Positions 44,780 through 54,387 of a stretch of DNA of 58,302 nt are shown here, one piece after another. Each line of letters begins with the position of its first letter. Positions within the stretch are counted from its first letter, which is position 1. A program made the translations under genes and the position numbers. The stretch lies in NCBI GenBank assembly GCA_963977705.1, contig CAXBSH010000001.1:1-58302 (forward strand). Reading direction: 5' to 3'. Under the pieces are notes generated by a model, which saw only the letters and a list, made by a program, of their open reading frames with translations, was not told the origin of the DNA and did no database searches. The DNA is from an uncultured Planctomycetaceae bacterium. GTDB lineage: Bacteria; Planctomycetota; Planctomycetia; Planctomycetales; Planctomycetaceae.

Positions 44780-46933
44780 ATGAGATCCTGTGTGCTGGTA
44801 CTGATCATGATGGCTGCGGGAACGGTGCAAATGCTGGCAGATGACGGAATGTTTCCCATGAGTGAGCTGCCTCGCGTGAACCTGCGCGAGCGGGGGATTG
44901 AGCTGACAGCGGACCAGTTGTTTAATCCCAGTGAAATCAGTCTGGTGGACGGAATCTGTCGAGTCAATGGCTGTACAGGCTCGTTTGTTTCAGAGTCCGG
45001 GTTGATTATCACCAATCATCACTGTGCATTTGATGCGATTCAGAAGGCCAGCAGCAGCGAGCGGGATCTGCTGCAGAATGGGTTTATTGCGGGAAGTCGA
45101 TCAGAGGAGATTCCAGCGCCGGATTACCAGGTCCGAATTACCGAAAACTATCGTGATATTTCTGCGGAGGTGCTGTCGGTAGTACAGGATGGTATGTCGT
45201 TCCTCGAGCGGACGAAGGCAATTGAGAAGCGTCGAAAGCAGCTGGAGATCGAGGCTGAGCGAGCGAATCCGGGACTGCGGGCTGAGGTGGCAGAGATGTT
45301 TGCCGGGCGGACTTATGTACTGTTTCTGTATACGTATCTGAAGGACGTGCGTCTGGTTTTTGCTCCACCTGTATCGGTGGGCAATTTTGGGGGTGAAGCT
45401 GACAACTGGGAGTGGCCGAGGCATACGGGTGATTTTTCATTTATGCGTGTGTATACGGCTCCGGATGGCACTTCTGCGACATGGTCAGAGAAGAACGTCC
45501 CCTACCGGCCGAAGCGATTTCTGCGTGTGCAGCAGGCGGGAGTGGACGAGGGGGATGCCGTATTTCTACTAGGATACCCTGGTCGAACAGCGCGTCATCG
45601 TACGGCAAGTTTTCTGGAGTATGAGCAGGCAGTGCGTTTGCCGCTGACTGTGCAGTTGTATCAGTGGCAGATTCGTGAGATGGAGCAGGCGGGGTCGACA
45701 GACCGTGCTGTGGCGATCAGGCATGCGTCGCGAATCAAGTCATTGGCGAATGTGGAGAAGCGTTCGCGTGGTCAGTTGCAGGGTTTGCAGCGTGCCGGGA
45801 TTGTGGGAAAACGGCGGCAGCAGGAGTCCGAGTTACAGTCATTCATCGAGAGCGATGCTGCAAGGCGTCAGCAGTTTGGGGACGTGCTGCAGGGCATAGC
45901 GGCTGTATATGCAGAGATGCAGGCAGCGGGTCCGCTGGAGATTCATCTGCAGCAGTTGCGGCAGGCGTGTCGGGCAGTTGCGTTTGGGTTTGCTGTGGTT
46001 GATGCGGTAAATGAACGTGCCAAGCCTGATCTGGAGCGAGAATCACTGTGGATGGATCGGAATTTTTCGCAGTCTTTGCAGGAACTGAGGGTTTCTCTGC
46101 GTGACTGGCATCCTCCCACCGATGAAGTGATGTTGTCTGGAATGCTGCAACGCTTAAGCTCCATCAAGGGGGCTCACGACATCGCAGCCCTGAAGCCGTT
46201 GCTGGAAAATGCTGAGGTCAGCGGACAGGCGGCACAGCGTCTGATTGCGGGAACGCAGGTGGGGGATGTGGGCTTCATAGACAAGTGCCTGTCGTTGAGC
46301 CCGGACCAGCTGCGCAGCAGCGAGGATCCTGTGGTGCGTTTGGTGCTGGATCTATATCCTGAGTATCTGCGACTGCGGGAACTGGATAAGACTCGTGAAG
46401 GGCGTCTCAGTCGTTTGTATGGTTCATTGCTGGAGGTGAAGGAGCAGTTTCTGCGCACGGGCTTCATACCTGATGCGAATGGGACACTGCGGTTCACTTC
46501 AGGGCATGTGAAGTCCTACTCCCCGGCGGATGCTGTTGTCAGGACTCCCATTTCGACTCTGCGGGGAGTGATTGAAAAAACGACCGGGCAGGATCCATTC
46601 ATTACTCCTGAGCCGGTGCTTCGTGCGTGGCGAGCGGGGGATTTTGAGGGATTTCTGCATCCACGTCTGGGTCAGGTTCCGGTAGCGATTCTGTACGATA
46701 CGGACACTACAGGGGGCAATTCGGGCAGTCCGGTACTGAACTCGCGGGGCGAACTTGTGGGTGTGAATTTTGATCGCTGTTTTGAGGCGACGATCAATGA
46801 TTTTGCGTGGAATGCGGACTACAGTCGGTCGATCGGCGTTGATATTCGATACGTACTGTGGATTACCGGGCGCGTCTATGGTGCGACGGAACTGCTTGAG
46901 GAGATGGGGATTAAGCAGGCTCGCGGGTTCTGA
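44780..46933 (+). CDS. S46-family dipeptidyl-peptidase (DPP7/DPP11-like)
   Basis: 717 aa from ATG 44780. Signal peptide 'MRSCVLVLIMMAAGTVQMLA'; 'GMFPMSELP'; catalytic His region 'GSFVSESGLIITNHHCAFD'; catalytic Ser region 'DTTGGNSGSPVLNSRGELVGVNFD'. Confidence 0.9.
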   Translation: MRSCVLVLIMMAAGTVQMLADDGMFPMSELPRVNLRERGIELTADQLFNPSEISLVDGICRVNGCTGSFVSESGLIITNHHCAFDAIQKASSSERDLLQNGFIAGSRSEEIPAPDYQVRITENYRDISAEVLSVVQDGMSFLERTKAIEKRRKQLEIEAERANPGLRAEVAEMFAGRTYVLFLYTYLKDVRLVFAPPVSVGNFGGEADNWEWPRHTGDFSFMRVYTAPDGTSATWSEKNVPYRPKRFLRVQQAGVDEGDAVFLLGYPGRTARHRTASFLEYEQAVRLPLTVQLYQWQIREMEQAGSTDRAVAIRHASRIKSLANVEKRSRGQLQGLQRAGIVGKRRQQESELQSFIESDAARRQQFGDVLQGIAAVYAEMQAAGPLEIHLQQLRQACRAVAFGFAVVDAVNERAKPDLERESLWMDRNFSQSLQELRVSLRDWHPPTDEVMLSGMLQRLSSIKGAHDIAALKPLLENAEVSGQAAQRLIAGTQVGDVGFIDKCLSLSPDQLRSSEDPVVRLVLDLYPEYLRLRELDKTREGRLSRLYGSLLEVKEQFLRTGFIPDANGTLRFTSGHVKSYSPADAVVRTPISTLRGVIEKTTGQDPFITPEPVLRAWRAGDFEGFLHPRLGQVPVAILYDTDTTGGNSGSPVLNSRGELVGVNFDRCFEATINDFAWNADYSRSIGVDIRYVLWITGRVYGATELLEEMGIKQARGF

Positions 46934-47071
46934 CCCAGGTCCTGGCGGGGCGATTGTGAGTGCGACAGCGTTTTTTTCTGAAGTGTTCTGATCCGAGGTG
47001 GTGTGAGGAGCGTTAGCGAAACAGCGTTCAGCTTATGTTGGATATTTCAAAACGGCCGAAGGGGGCGACTA

Positions 47072-47887
47072 ATGAGCACTGGGCAGAATGAACTGAGACA
47101 GGACCAGGGTTCTCTGGAGATGCTGCTGGTCGTGATTGTTACGCTGTTGACCGGCGGTCTGGCGCTGCTGTTTGGGTTTGTGATCGTCAATCCTCGCGAA
47201 GAGATTGTGGTACTGCGTTTTGGCAAGTATGTGACGACACTTCGGCAGCAGGGAATCAGCTGGATTCACCCGGTTGGTCGTGCTCTGCACAGAATTCCAA
47301 CGCGGGATATGACTCACGACATTCCAGTGACAACGGTTCTGGAGCGGAACGGAAATCCCATTCAGATCAGTGCGATTGTGGTTTACCGTGTCGAGGATTC
47401 GTGGAAGGCCGCATTGGAAGTCGAAAGCTACAGGACGTTTATCGAGGACCAGGCAAGTGCTGTGATCAAGCGTGTCAGTGCGCAATTTCCGTATGAGTCT
47501 CCTGACCACAGTGAACCGTGTCTGAAACTTGAAAACGATACCGTGAATCGAGCTTTTGTTCAGGAGATGCAGGAGGCCGTGCAGGCTGCCGGGGTGAGGG
47601 TCCTGAATGTGCGAATGAACGACCTGACGTATGCTCCGGAAATCGCACAAGCCATGCTGATGCGTCAGCAGGCGATGGCTTTAATTGACGCTCGCAAGAC
47701 AATCGTCGAGGGTGCGGTGGAGATTGTAAAGGATGCCGTGCAGAGGCTTGGGACGGCAGAGTTGCACATGAGTGATGAACAGCGCGAGCAGTTGATCAGT
47801 AATCTGCTGGTGGTGATCTGCAGTGGCGAGCGTGCGCAGCCGGTTGTACAGGTTCAGCCCTCGACTCAGCATCGTGGTCGGCACTGA
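47072..47887 (+). CDS. SPFH/band-7 domain membrane protein
   Basis: 271 aa from ATG 47072. N-terminal TM 'LLVVIVTLLTGGLALLFGFVIV' followed by 'EEIVVLRFGKYVTTLRQQGISWIHP'. A C-terminal coiled region includes 'QAMLMRQQAMALIDARK'. Confidence 0.8.
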   Translation: MSTGQNELRQDQGSLEMLLVVIVTLLTGGLALLFGFVIVNPREEIVVLRFGKYVTTLRQQGISWIHPVGRALHRIPTRDMTHDIPVTTVLERNGNPIQISAIVVYRVEDSWKAALEVESYRTFIEDQASAVIKRVSAQFPYESPDHSEPCLKLENDTVNRAFVQEMQEAVQAAGVRVLNVRMNDLTYAPEIAQAMLMRQQAMALIDARKTIVEGAVEIVKDAVQRLGTAELHMSDEQREQLISNLLVVICSGERAQPVVQVQPSTQHRGRH

Positions 47888-47903
47888 ACAGGGCTGATGG
47901 TTC

Positions 47904-49064
47904 TCAGTAACGTGTGCCGGACTGCAGCATCAGGGTATTGCCAAGTTCGTGTGAGCCTGGCAGTATGCGGTATTCTGCTGTGCGATTGAATAGCCAGCCA
48001 ATCTCCGCGAAGCCGACCTGTCCATCTTCGTCTGCGGTTTCCACGCCGATGGCCAGTTTGTATTCGGTGATTGTTACAACGTCACCTGTGCTGTCCGGCA
48101 TTTCAATATCCCAGGTACCGCCGGCAAGGTTCCCGCTGAGGTAACTGCGGGTTTCTGAGTTCCATGCATATTCGATTCGTGGTCTGGGAAAAATGAGTTC
48201 CATTCGCAGACCACGAATCGCTGTATCCTGGATTGAGACACCGAAGACAGGCAGTGCAGTGAAGTCATCTCTGTCAAGAAAATCGGCACCAAAAACCACG
48301 TCCAGTTCAGGGGTCACGTGGAACGCACCCACGGCATGTGCGGGGAATCTCAGACCCTCCCTCGCACTATCCTCGAAATCCGTGTAAAGGCCGGCACTTG
48401 CCGCGATGTCATAGCTGAGGTATTCGTTGAGAGTTTCTCGGCGCTGATAGAAAAGCAGCATGTCATACAGCCGTGGAGGCAGCGGAACGGAGCCTGGTCC
48501 ATTCAACCAGTGAATACTGACGCTGGCCCTCAATCCGGATGTTTTCTCCCGTGGCAGGTAGGGTGCATTGATCAGGCTGGTCCAACCGGCATCGTCCGTG
48601 GCAGCCCACAAGATGGAAGATTCCTTACTTCGATAAACATGCCAGGGTTCTTGTGACGATTCCCGCAGATCGAGGGGGGCGGTATGTATTCGTTTACCGA
48701 TCTGCAGTTTTGTCTGCGGTTGGTGCCGGGGGGGCAATGGATCCGGAGCACTGGCGGGATCAGCGGTTGTTGTGTCGTGTTGTGTTTGTAATGGGTCAAC
48801 TGGTTTGGAGATTTCAGTGGCAACAGGCGCGGAGGGCAGGCGTCGTGGCGCTGCGTCCTGCTGAAACAGGGCGTTGGGTGAGGTCGTTTGGTAGAGGCTG
48901 GCACTTTCGTCGGGTGTTGACTGATCGACAAACTCCCACAGAGTTCCGAATTCTTCGTTCGGTTGCCCGACTGGTTGTGCGACGACTGGATTTGCTGGCT
49001 GGAAATACACAGCCAGAAACAGGGTTATGATGGCAGAAACTCGCGACGCCACGGCTGTTTCCAT
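47904..49064 (-). CDS. putative outer-membrane beta-barrel protein, paralogue of 21227-22276
   Basis: 386 aa. Leader 'VSAIITLFLAVYFQPANPVVAQP', a Pro/Thr/Gln-rich linker, then motifs shared with the paralogue. The C-terminal residue is aromatic ('LQSGTRY'). Confidence 0.7.
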   Translation of the reverse strand: METAVASRVSAIITLFLAVYFQPANPVVAQPVGQPNEEFGTLWEFVDQSTPDESASLYQTTSPNALFQQDAAPRRLPSAPVATEISKPVDPLQTQHDTTTADPASAPDPLPPRHQPQTKLQIGKRIHTAPLDLRESSQEPWHVYRSKESSILWAATDDAGWTSLINAPYLPREKTSGLRASVSIHWLNGPGSVPLPPRLYDMLLFYQRRETLNEYLSYDIAASAGLYTDFEDSAREGLRFPAHAVGAFHVTPELDVVFGADFLDRDDFTALPVFGVSIQDTAIRGLRMELIFPRPRIEYAWNSETRSYLSGNLAGGTWDIEMPDSTGDVVTITEYKLAIGVETADEDGQVGFAEIGWLFNRTAEYRILPGSHELGNTLMLQSGTRY

Positions 49065-49209
49065 TAAGGGAGAGTGTCAGGCTGAGCGACAGGAATTTAG
49101 CTTCTGATTGGTTCATGGGTAAAGATGGGTGTTTCTCTGAGCGTTGTTATTGGTATAGTGGGCACCGAGGCGTAGCTGGTAATCCAGTGGGATTTGTGGG
49201 CCGGATTGG

Positions 49210-52200
49210 ATGCGATTATTTTTTGCTTTGATAATCCTGTGGCCTGGTATTGAGCGGGCGATGGGGCAGGATGCGAAGTCAGAGGCATTTTTTGAGGCTC
49301 AGATTCGACCGATACTTGCGGGGACGTGTTTTCGTTGCCATGGAGGTGAGCGAGTATCGGGTGGTCTGCGAGTGGATTCCCGGCAGGGATTGCTGGAGGG
49401 TGGAGATTCCGGGCCGGCGATAATCCCTGGTGACCCCGGCAGAAGCCTGCTTTTGCAGGCCATCCAGCGTCAGGCGGATGTTTCGGCGATGCCCCCGGCC
49501 CAGGATCAGGCGCTAACAGCTCTGCAGGTGCAGGCCATCCGCGACTGGATTTCGGCAGGTGTTTACTGGCCGGCGGCTGCGGGGGTCTTTGAATCTGCCG
49601 GCCATTGGGCATTCCAGCCGATCGGCGATCCGATCGTGCCCACTCAGGATACTCCGTGGTGTCAGAATGAAATTGATGCGTTTGTACTGCGTACTTTGCG
49701 TGCTGCCCGGTTGCAGCCGAAAGTGCGGGCTGACCGACGCACTCTGCTGCGGCGCGTGACTTTTGACCTGACCGGGTTGCCTCCGACCCCCGAAGAGCTG
49801 CAGGATTTCGAGCAGGATAGTGCTCCGGATGCGTTCCTGAAGGTCATTGATCGTCTGCTGGCAGCATCTGCCTATGGTGAGAAATGGGGGCGGCACTGGC
49901 TGGACGTGGTGCGGTATGCTGACACGGCCGGTGAGACGGCCGACTATCCAGTCCCTGAGGCATGGCGGTATCGGAACTATGTGATTGAGGCCTTGAACAG
50001 TGATCTGCCATTTGATCAGTTTGTGCGCGAGCAGATCGCAGGTGATATTCTGGCGCAGCAGTCTGACGGTGTGCGATTTGCAGAACAGACGACAGCCACG
50101 GGTTATCTGGCGCTTTCGCGACGGTTTGGCTTCGACTCTGAAAACTACCATCACCTGACGATTCATGACACGATCGACAGTGTGGGTCAGACATTTCTGG
50201 GGCTGAGTCTTGGGTGTGCTCGTTGTCATGACCACAAGTTCGATCCTGTTTCGACGCGGGAGTACTACGCGCTGTACGGAATTTTCGACAGCAGTCGTTA
50301 CCCTTTTCCTGGTTCAGAACAGAAACAGCGAGTTCGTTCGCTGGCACCACTTGTGCCTCCCGAGCAGGCTGCGCAGGGCTGGCGTGATCATATTCGTCAA
50401 ACCGGTGACTTAGCGCATCGGTTGACGGCCTTGCAGAGAGCTGCGCCAGCCGCCGTGTTGCGCAGTCTGTCTGAGCCAGATGGTGATTTTGAGTTGCAGG
50501 CACCTGCAGCAGGTGGCAGTAATGGGATTCCCGTAGCGCCGTGGCTCTACAGTGGTCCGGTCATGGTAACAGGTGAAGCCCAGAGTCCCTATCAGCATGT
50601 CTATCGGCGAGGCAGTCGTGGACTGACTGTGCTGCAGGGGACGCAGGACTGGCGAGTCTGGCAGGCTTTGCCAATCAGAGAAAAGGATCGACAGACACTC
50701 TGGTTCGGTATTGATCTGAGGATTCGTGATGAGGTTGCGGATGCTGTCGACGGGCATCAGTTTCAAATGGTTTCAGCAGGTTCCGGGAAAGCTGTCGGGT
50801 TCACGTTGAAACAGGGGCTGGTGAGTCTGCAGTCCGGCGACCAATCCGTGGTTCTTGGGAAGTATCGTGTGGGGGAATGGATGACCCTGCAATTGGAATT
50901 GAATCCAGAGACGGGCCGGATCGCGGGACAATTGTCTGGCGATGGTCACGAGCAGGTTGCTGAACTGCATTCGGATGTCTGGGAGCGATTGCCCGATAGC
51001 ATGGTTTTTGAGTCATTTGGCAGTTCCGGGGCAGTGCGACCGGGGCTTGACATTGATAATGTGGCTGTGCAGCCGGTGCCTTTTGGCAGGCCGGCTCTGG
51101 ATTGGGTCGTGGCGACGACTCCAGGAGAATCAGCAGAAGTCATCAGTGCGAAGCTGAAACAACTGGTGGGGATTGATGGTGACCTTGAACTTCAGTCTAT
51201 TGATGGGCCATTGGCGGCGCCGTGGAATGCGGGGCCAGGAAGTGTTGTCAGGCTGCGTCCTGAGTCGCAGAGTCCTCTGAGGAATCTTTATGGTGCTGGA
51301 GGGCAGGGCCTCTATCTGCCTCAGCGTGCCGCCTACGATGGATTCGGGCTCACGATTTCGGAGCTGCCAATTGATGCCGCTGGGCTGCTTCATCTGGCAT
51401 TTGACTTTCGACCTTATCCGGCTGATATGGGGTGCGGGTCGTGGAGGTACTATATCGGCCATGGGCCGGGACCATCAGCAGCGGTGGAGTTACATTTTAC
51501 TGATCGTCTGTTTTTCAGCAGGCAGGCCGATGGTCCTGTCCGAGTCGCTGACCTGGTACCCGGGGAGTGGCATCAGTTGCAACTGGTGCTGGATACTCGA
51601 AATCGCACTTACAAGGGTGTGCTGTTCGCACCGGGGCAGCGCACGACCTTTGCCGGGAATTGTCTGGCGAGCTGGGATGGCCAGATTGATTACAGCTTTA
51701 TCGACAGTTACGGACATCTGCCTGGTACACGTCCGGCGATTGATGTTGACAACTTTGCTCTGCGGGATACGGCACTTCCCGATATTGCGCAGAGCTCTGC
51801 GGATGTGGCTGGCGAGTTGCGTGGCGAGCAGATCAGCGTGCTGAGACGTCGTCTTCTGGAACTGCAGGGGCAGGCTGATCAGCTTGATCAGGAACTGCGT
51901 AGTTTACTGGCACACGGGCCGTACCCGATGGCTTATGCGATGGCAGAAGGGACTCCGCATGACGTGCGAATTCAGTTGCGCGGAGAACCCGATCAGCCTG
52001 GTGAATTGGTAGCCAGAGGATTTGTGAGAGTCGTCGGGGGTGAAGTGCCAGAGCTACCATTGACGGGAAGTGGTCGCCTGCAACTGGCGGACTGGCTGGT
52101 GAGTCCGCGAAATCCATTGACGGCACGAGTGATTGTAAATCGCGTATGGCAGTATCATTTTGGGACGGGTCTGGTGCGCACACCAAATGATTTTGGAGTG

Positions 52201-52911
52201 CGTGGAGCAGCTCCAACAGATCCTGAACTGCTGAATTATCTGGCAGCACGATTTGTGCGAGATGGCTGGAGCATGAAGTCGCTGCATCGCCTGATTCTGA
52301 GCAGTGCTGCGTGGCAGCAGGAGTCATCGTCGACAGCCGATGATTCAAAGGGAATCGTCTGTTCCCGCAGGCGTCTGTCTGCGGAAGAGATCCGGGATTC
52401 GATTCTGGCCGTCAGTGGTCGGCTGGATCGTTCTATGGGTGCCGCTCATCCGTTTCCGCGACCATTTGAGTGGGGTTTCAGTCAGCATGTGCCGTTTGGT
52501 GAGACTTATGACCATCGGCTTCGCAGTGTGTATCTGATGACTCCTCGAATTCGCAGGCATCCGTTTCTGGCTTTGTTTGATGGTGCCGACCCAAACGCTT
52601 CGACAGCGGACAGGGCGGGGACCACGGTCCCTACTCAGGCACTGTTTTTCATGAATGATCAGATGATTCATGAATCTTCAGTTGAGTGGGCTGGGCGACT
52701 ACAGGAACTTGCCGCCGATGATTCTGAGCGACTGCGTCTGGCGTGGCGCAGGGCTCTGTTACGAGAGCCGGAAGCTGAGGAGTTACAGGAGGCCGAGGAG
52801 TTTATGCGTGTGTATGCGAGTCAGGCGGCTGTTGTCGATGGCTCACGAAAAGCTCTGGAGGCAGTGTTGCGATCGCTGCTGGGAAGCAATGATTTTCTGT
52901 ATGTTGACTGA
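49210..52911 (+). CDS. PSCyt1 + DUF1549 (PSCyt2) + LamG-like insert + DUF1553 (PSD1) protein
   Basis: 1233 aa. CFRCH lies at 49327-49341 with 'GGLRVDS'. DUF1549 motifs: 'NEIDAFVLRTL', 'RRVTFDLTGLPPTPEEL' and 'YGEKWGRHWLDVVRYADT'. DUF1553 motifs: 'CARCHDHKFDPVSTREYYALYGIF' and 'NPLTARVIVNRVWQYHFGTGLV'. Confidence 0.9.
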   Translation: MRLFFALIILWPGIERAMGQDAKSEAFFEAQIRPILAGTCFRCHGGERVSGGLRVDSRQGLLEGGDSGPAIIPGDPGRSLLLQAIQRQADVSAMPPAQDQALTALQVQAIRDWISAGVYWPAAAGVFESAGHWAFQPIGDPIVPTQDTPWCQNEIDAFVLRTLRAARLQPKVRADRRTLLRRVTFDLTGLPPTPEELQDFEQDSAPDAFLKVIDRLLAASAYGEKWGRHWLDVVRYADTAGETADYPVPEAWRYRNYVIEALNSDLPFDQFVREQIAGDILAQQSDGVRFAEQTTATGYLALSRRFGFDSENYHHLTIHDTIDSVGQTFLGLSLGCARCHDHKFDPVSTREYYALYGIFDSSRYPFPGSEQKQRVRSLAPLVPPEQAAQGWRDHIRQTGDLAHRLTALQRAAPAAVLRSLSEPDGDFELQAPAAGGSNGIPVAPWLYSGPVMVTGEAQSPYQHVYRRGSRGLTVLQGTQDWRVWQALPIREKDRQTLWFGIDLRIRDEVADAVDGHQFQMVSAGSGKAVGFTLKQGLVSLQSGDQSVVLGKYRVGEWMTLQLELNPETGRIAGQLSGDGHEQVAELHSDVWERLPDSMVFESFGSSGAVRPGLDIDNVAVQPVPFGRPALDWVVATTPGESAEVISAKLKQLVGIDGDLELQSIDGPLAAPWNAGPGSVVRLRPESQSPLRNLYGAGGQGLYLPQRAAYDGFGLTISELPIDAAGLLHLAFDFRPYPADMGCGSWRYYIGHGPGPSAAVELHFTDRLFFSRQADGPVRVADLVPGEWHQLQLVLDTRNRTYKGVLFAPGQRTTFAGNCLASWDGQIDYSFIDSYGHLPGTRPAIDVDNFALRDTALPDIAQSSADVAGELRGEQISVLRRRLLELQGQADQLDQELRSLLAHGPYPMAYAMAEGTPHDVRIQLRGEPDQPGELVARGFVRVVGGEVPELPLTGSGRLQLADWLVSPRNPLTARVIVNRVWQYHFGTGLVRTPNDFGVRGAAPTDPELLNYLAARFVRDGWSMKSLHRLILSSAAWQQESSSTADDSKGIVCSRRRLSAEEIRDSILAVSGRLDRSMGAAHPFPRPFEWGFSQHVPFGETYDHRLRSVYLMTPRIRRHPFLALFDGADPNASTADRAGTTVPTQALFFMNDQMIHESSVEWAGRLQELAADDSERLRLAWRRALLREPEAEELQEAEEFMRVYASQAAVVDGSRKALEAVLRSLLGSNDFLYVD

Positions 52912-52940
52912 AACTTGTGAGGCAGAAGGGGGCTGGTGCG

Positions 52941-54362
52941 ATGTCTGAGGCGGGACAACTGAATGGACGTGGGTTGACACGTGGTCAGTGTCTGCGATCT
53001 CTGGCTGCCGGTTCAACTCTGCTGCCGGGGCTTTTAAGCGAGTTATTCGCAGAAGACTCCGGAGTGTCGGGGACTGTTCGGGGGCCTTCACAACTGCCTC
53101 ACGATCGTCCTCGGGCAAATCGAGTGATCATGCTCTACATGAGTGGTGGTGTATCGCATGTGGATTCGTGGGATCATCGTCCGCGGCTATTTCGTGATGC
53201 CGGTAAGACGGTAACGGTAAATGAGTTTCAGGGGCGTAAAGGCAGCTTCAGCATGTACCTGAAGGCTCCGCAGTGGAAATTCCGTCCACGCGGAAACAGT
53301 GGTACGGAGGTCAGTGATCTGTTTCCGTTCATGGCGGACTGTGTGGACGATCTGTGTGTGATCCGGTCGATGAAGTCAGATCATACGAACCACTACGAAG
53401 CAACTCTGGGGATGCACACTGGTTCATTTACGTTTGCTCGTCCCAGCATGGGTTCGTGGATCAGCTATGGTCTTGGGACATTAAACCGCAATCTGCCATC
53501 GTTTATTGTGCTGGCTCCGCATACTCCATATGCCGGTGGTCAGGTGTGGGGCAGTGATTTTCTGCCGGGGGCTTATCAGGGGACTCGGGTCGTCCCGGGT
53601 ACCCAGCCAGTTGCGAATATTCAGCGTCGGGTGGGTTCTGAGGAACTGCAGCGACTTGAACTGGGGCTGCTGGCCGGCCTCAATCGTCGACATCAGTTGC
53701 GGCGATCTGATGACCCGGAGCTGGCTGCTCGGATTCAGTCTTTTGAAACCGCATTTGGCATGCAGCGTGAAATGCCGGATGTGTTTGATTTGAGCGATGA
53801 GACCGAGCAGACATTTCGCAGTTATGGTCTGCAGCCGGGCAGTACTGCAGGGTTTGGGTGGCAGTGCCTTGTTGCGCGGCGTTTGGCCGAGCGGGGCGTC
53901 CGATTTGTGGAGTTGATTGATACAGGTGCATCCGGCAACTGGGATGCGCATGGCGACATGATGTCACACGCGCCACTGGCGGCAAACGTGGATCAGCCAG
54001 TGGCTGCTTTACTGAAAGATCTGAAGCAGCGTGGGTTGCTGGATGATACGCTGGTGGTGTGGACAACGGAATTCGGCAGAACTCCGTTCAATGCGGCGCC
54101 GCAGGCTGCCGGGCGAGAGCACCATCACTGGGTATTTTCTTCCTGGCTGGCCGGGGGCGGCGTGCGCGGAGGGATGTCGTGGGGGCAATCAGACGACTAT
54201 GGGATTGATGTGGCATCAGATGAGGTTCATGTGCATGACTTTCATGCCACCATTCTGCATCTGCTGGGGCTTGACCATACACGACTGACATGGCGCAACT
54301 CGGGCCGCGACTATCGCCTTACCGACGTGCACGGGCGGGTAGTGCATGAGATTCTCAGCTGA
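52941..54362 (+). CDS. DUF1501 (sulfatase-fold) protein, partner of the preceding PSD1-type gene
   Basis: 473 aa from ATG 52941. DUF1501-typical motifs: 'MLYMSGGVSHVDSWD', 'IRSMKSDHTNHYEA', 'WTTEFGRTP' and 'AGREHHHW'. It starts 29 nt after the upstream stop. Confidence 0.88.
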   Translation: MSEAGQLNGRGLTRGQCLRSLAAGSTLLPGLLSELFAEDSGVSGTVRGPSQLPHDRPRANRVIMLYMSGGVSHVDSWDHRPRLFRDAGKTVTVNEFQGRKGSFSMYLKAPQWKFRPRGNSGTEVSDLFPFMADCVDDLCVIRSMKSDHTNHYEATLGMHTGSFTFARPSMGSWISYGLGTLNRNLPSFIVLAPHTPYAGGQVWGSDFLPGAYQGTRVVPGTQPVANIQRRVGSEELQRLELGLLAGLNRRHQLRRSDDPELAARIQSFETAFGMQREMPDVFDLSDETEQTFRSYGLQPGSTAGFGWQCLVARRLAERGVRFVELIDTGASGNWDAHGDMMSHAPLAANVDQPVAALLKDLKQRGLLDDTLVVWTTEFGRTPFNAAPQAAGREHHHWVFSSWLAGGGVRGGMSWGQSDDYGIDVASDEVHVHDFHATILHLLGLDHTRLTWRNSGRDYRLTDVHGRVVHEILS

Positions 54363-54387
54363 CGTTTTTCCGGAATGAAGTCCTGCC

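Noticed and set aside
35875-50235. Other long antisense ORFs: 35875-36636 (-), 39179-39967 (-), 40539-41261 (-) and 49513-50235 (-). Outside this coordinate span, 4718-5311 (-) is a further antisense ORF, and 9955-10515 (-) is an alternative-frame ORF on the same strand as the 1823-aa gene.
   Set aside because: Each lies entirely within a motif-supported gene, on the opposite strand or in another frame. They have skewed Arg/Pro/Ser/His composition and no motifs. Such ORFs are expected in a GC-rich genome with few stop codons.
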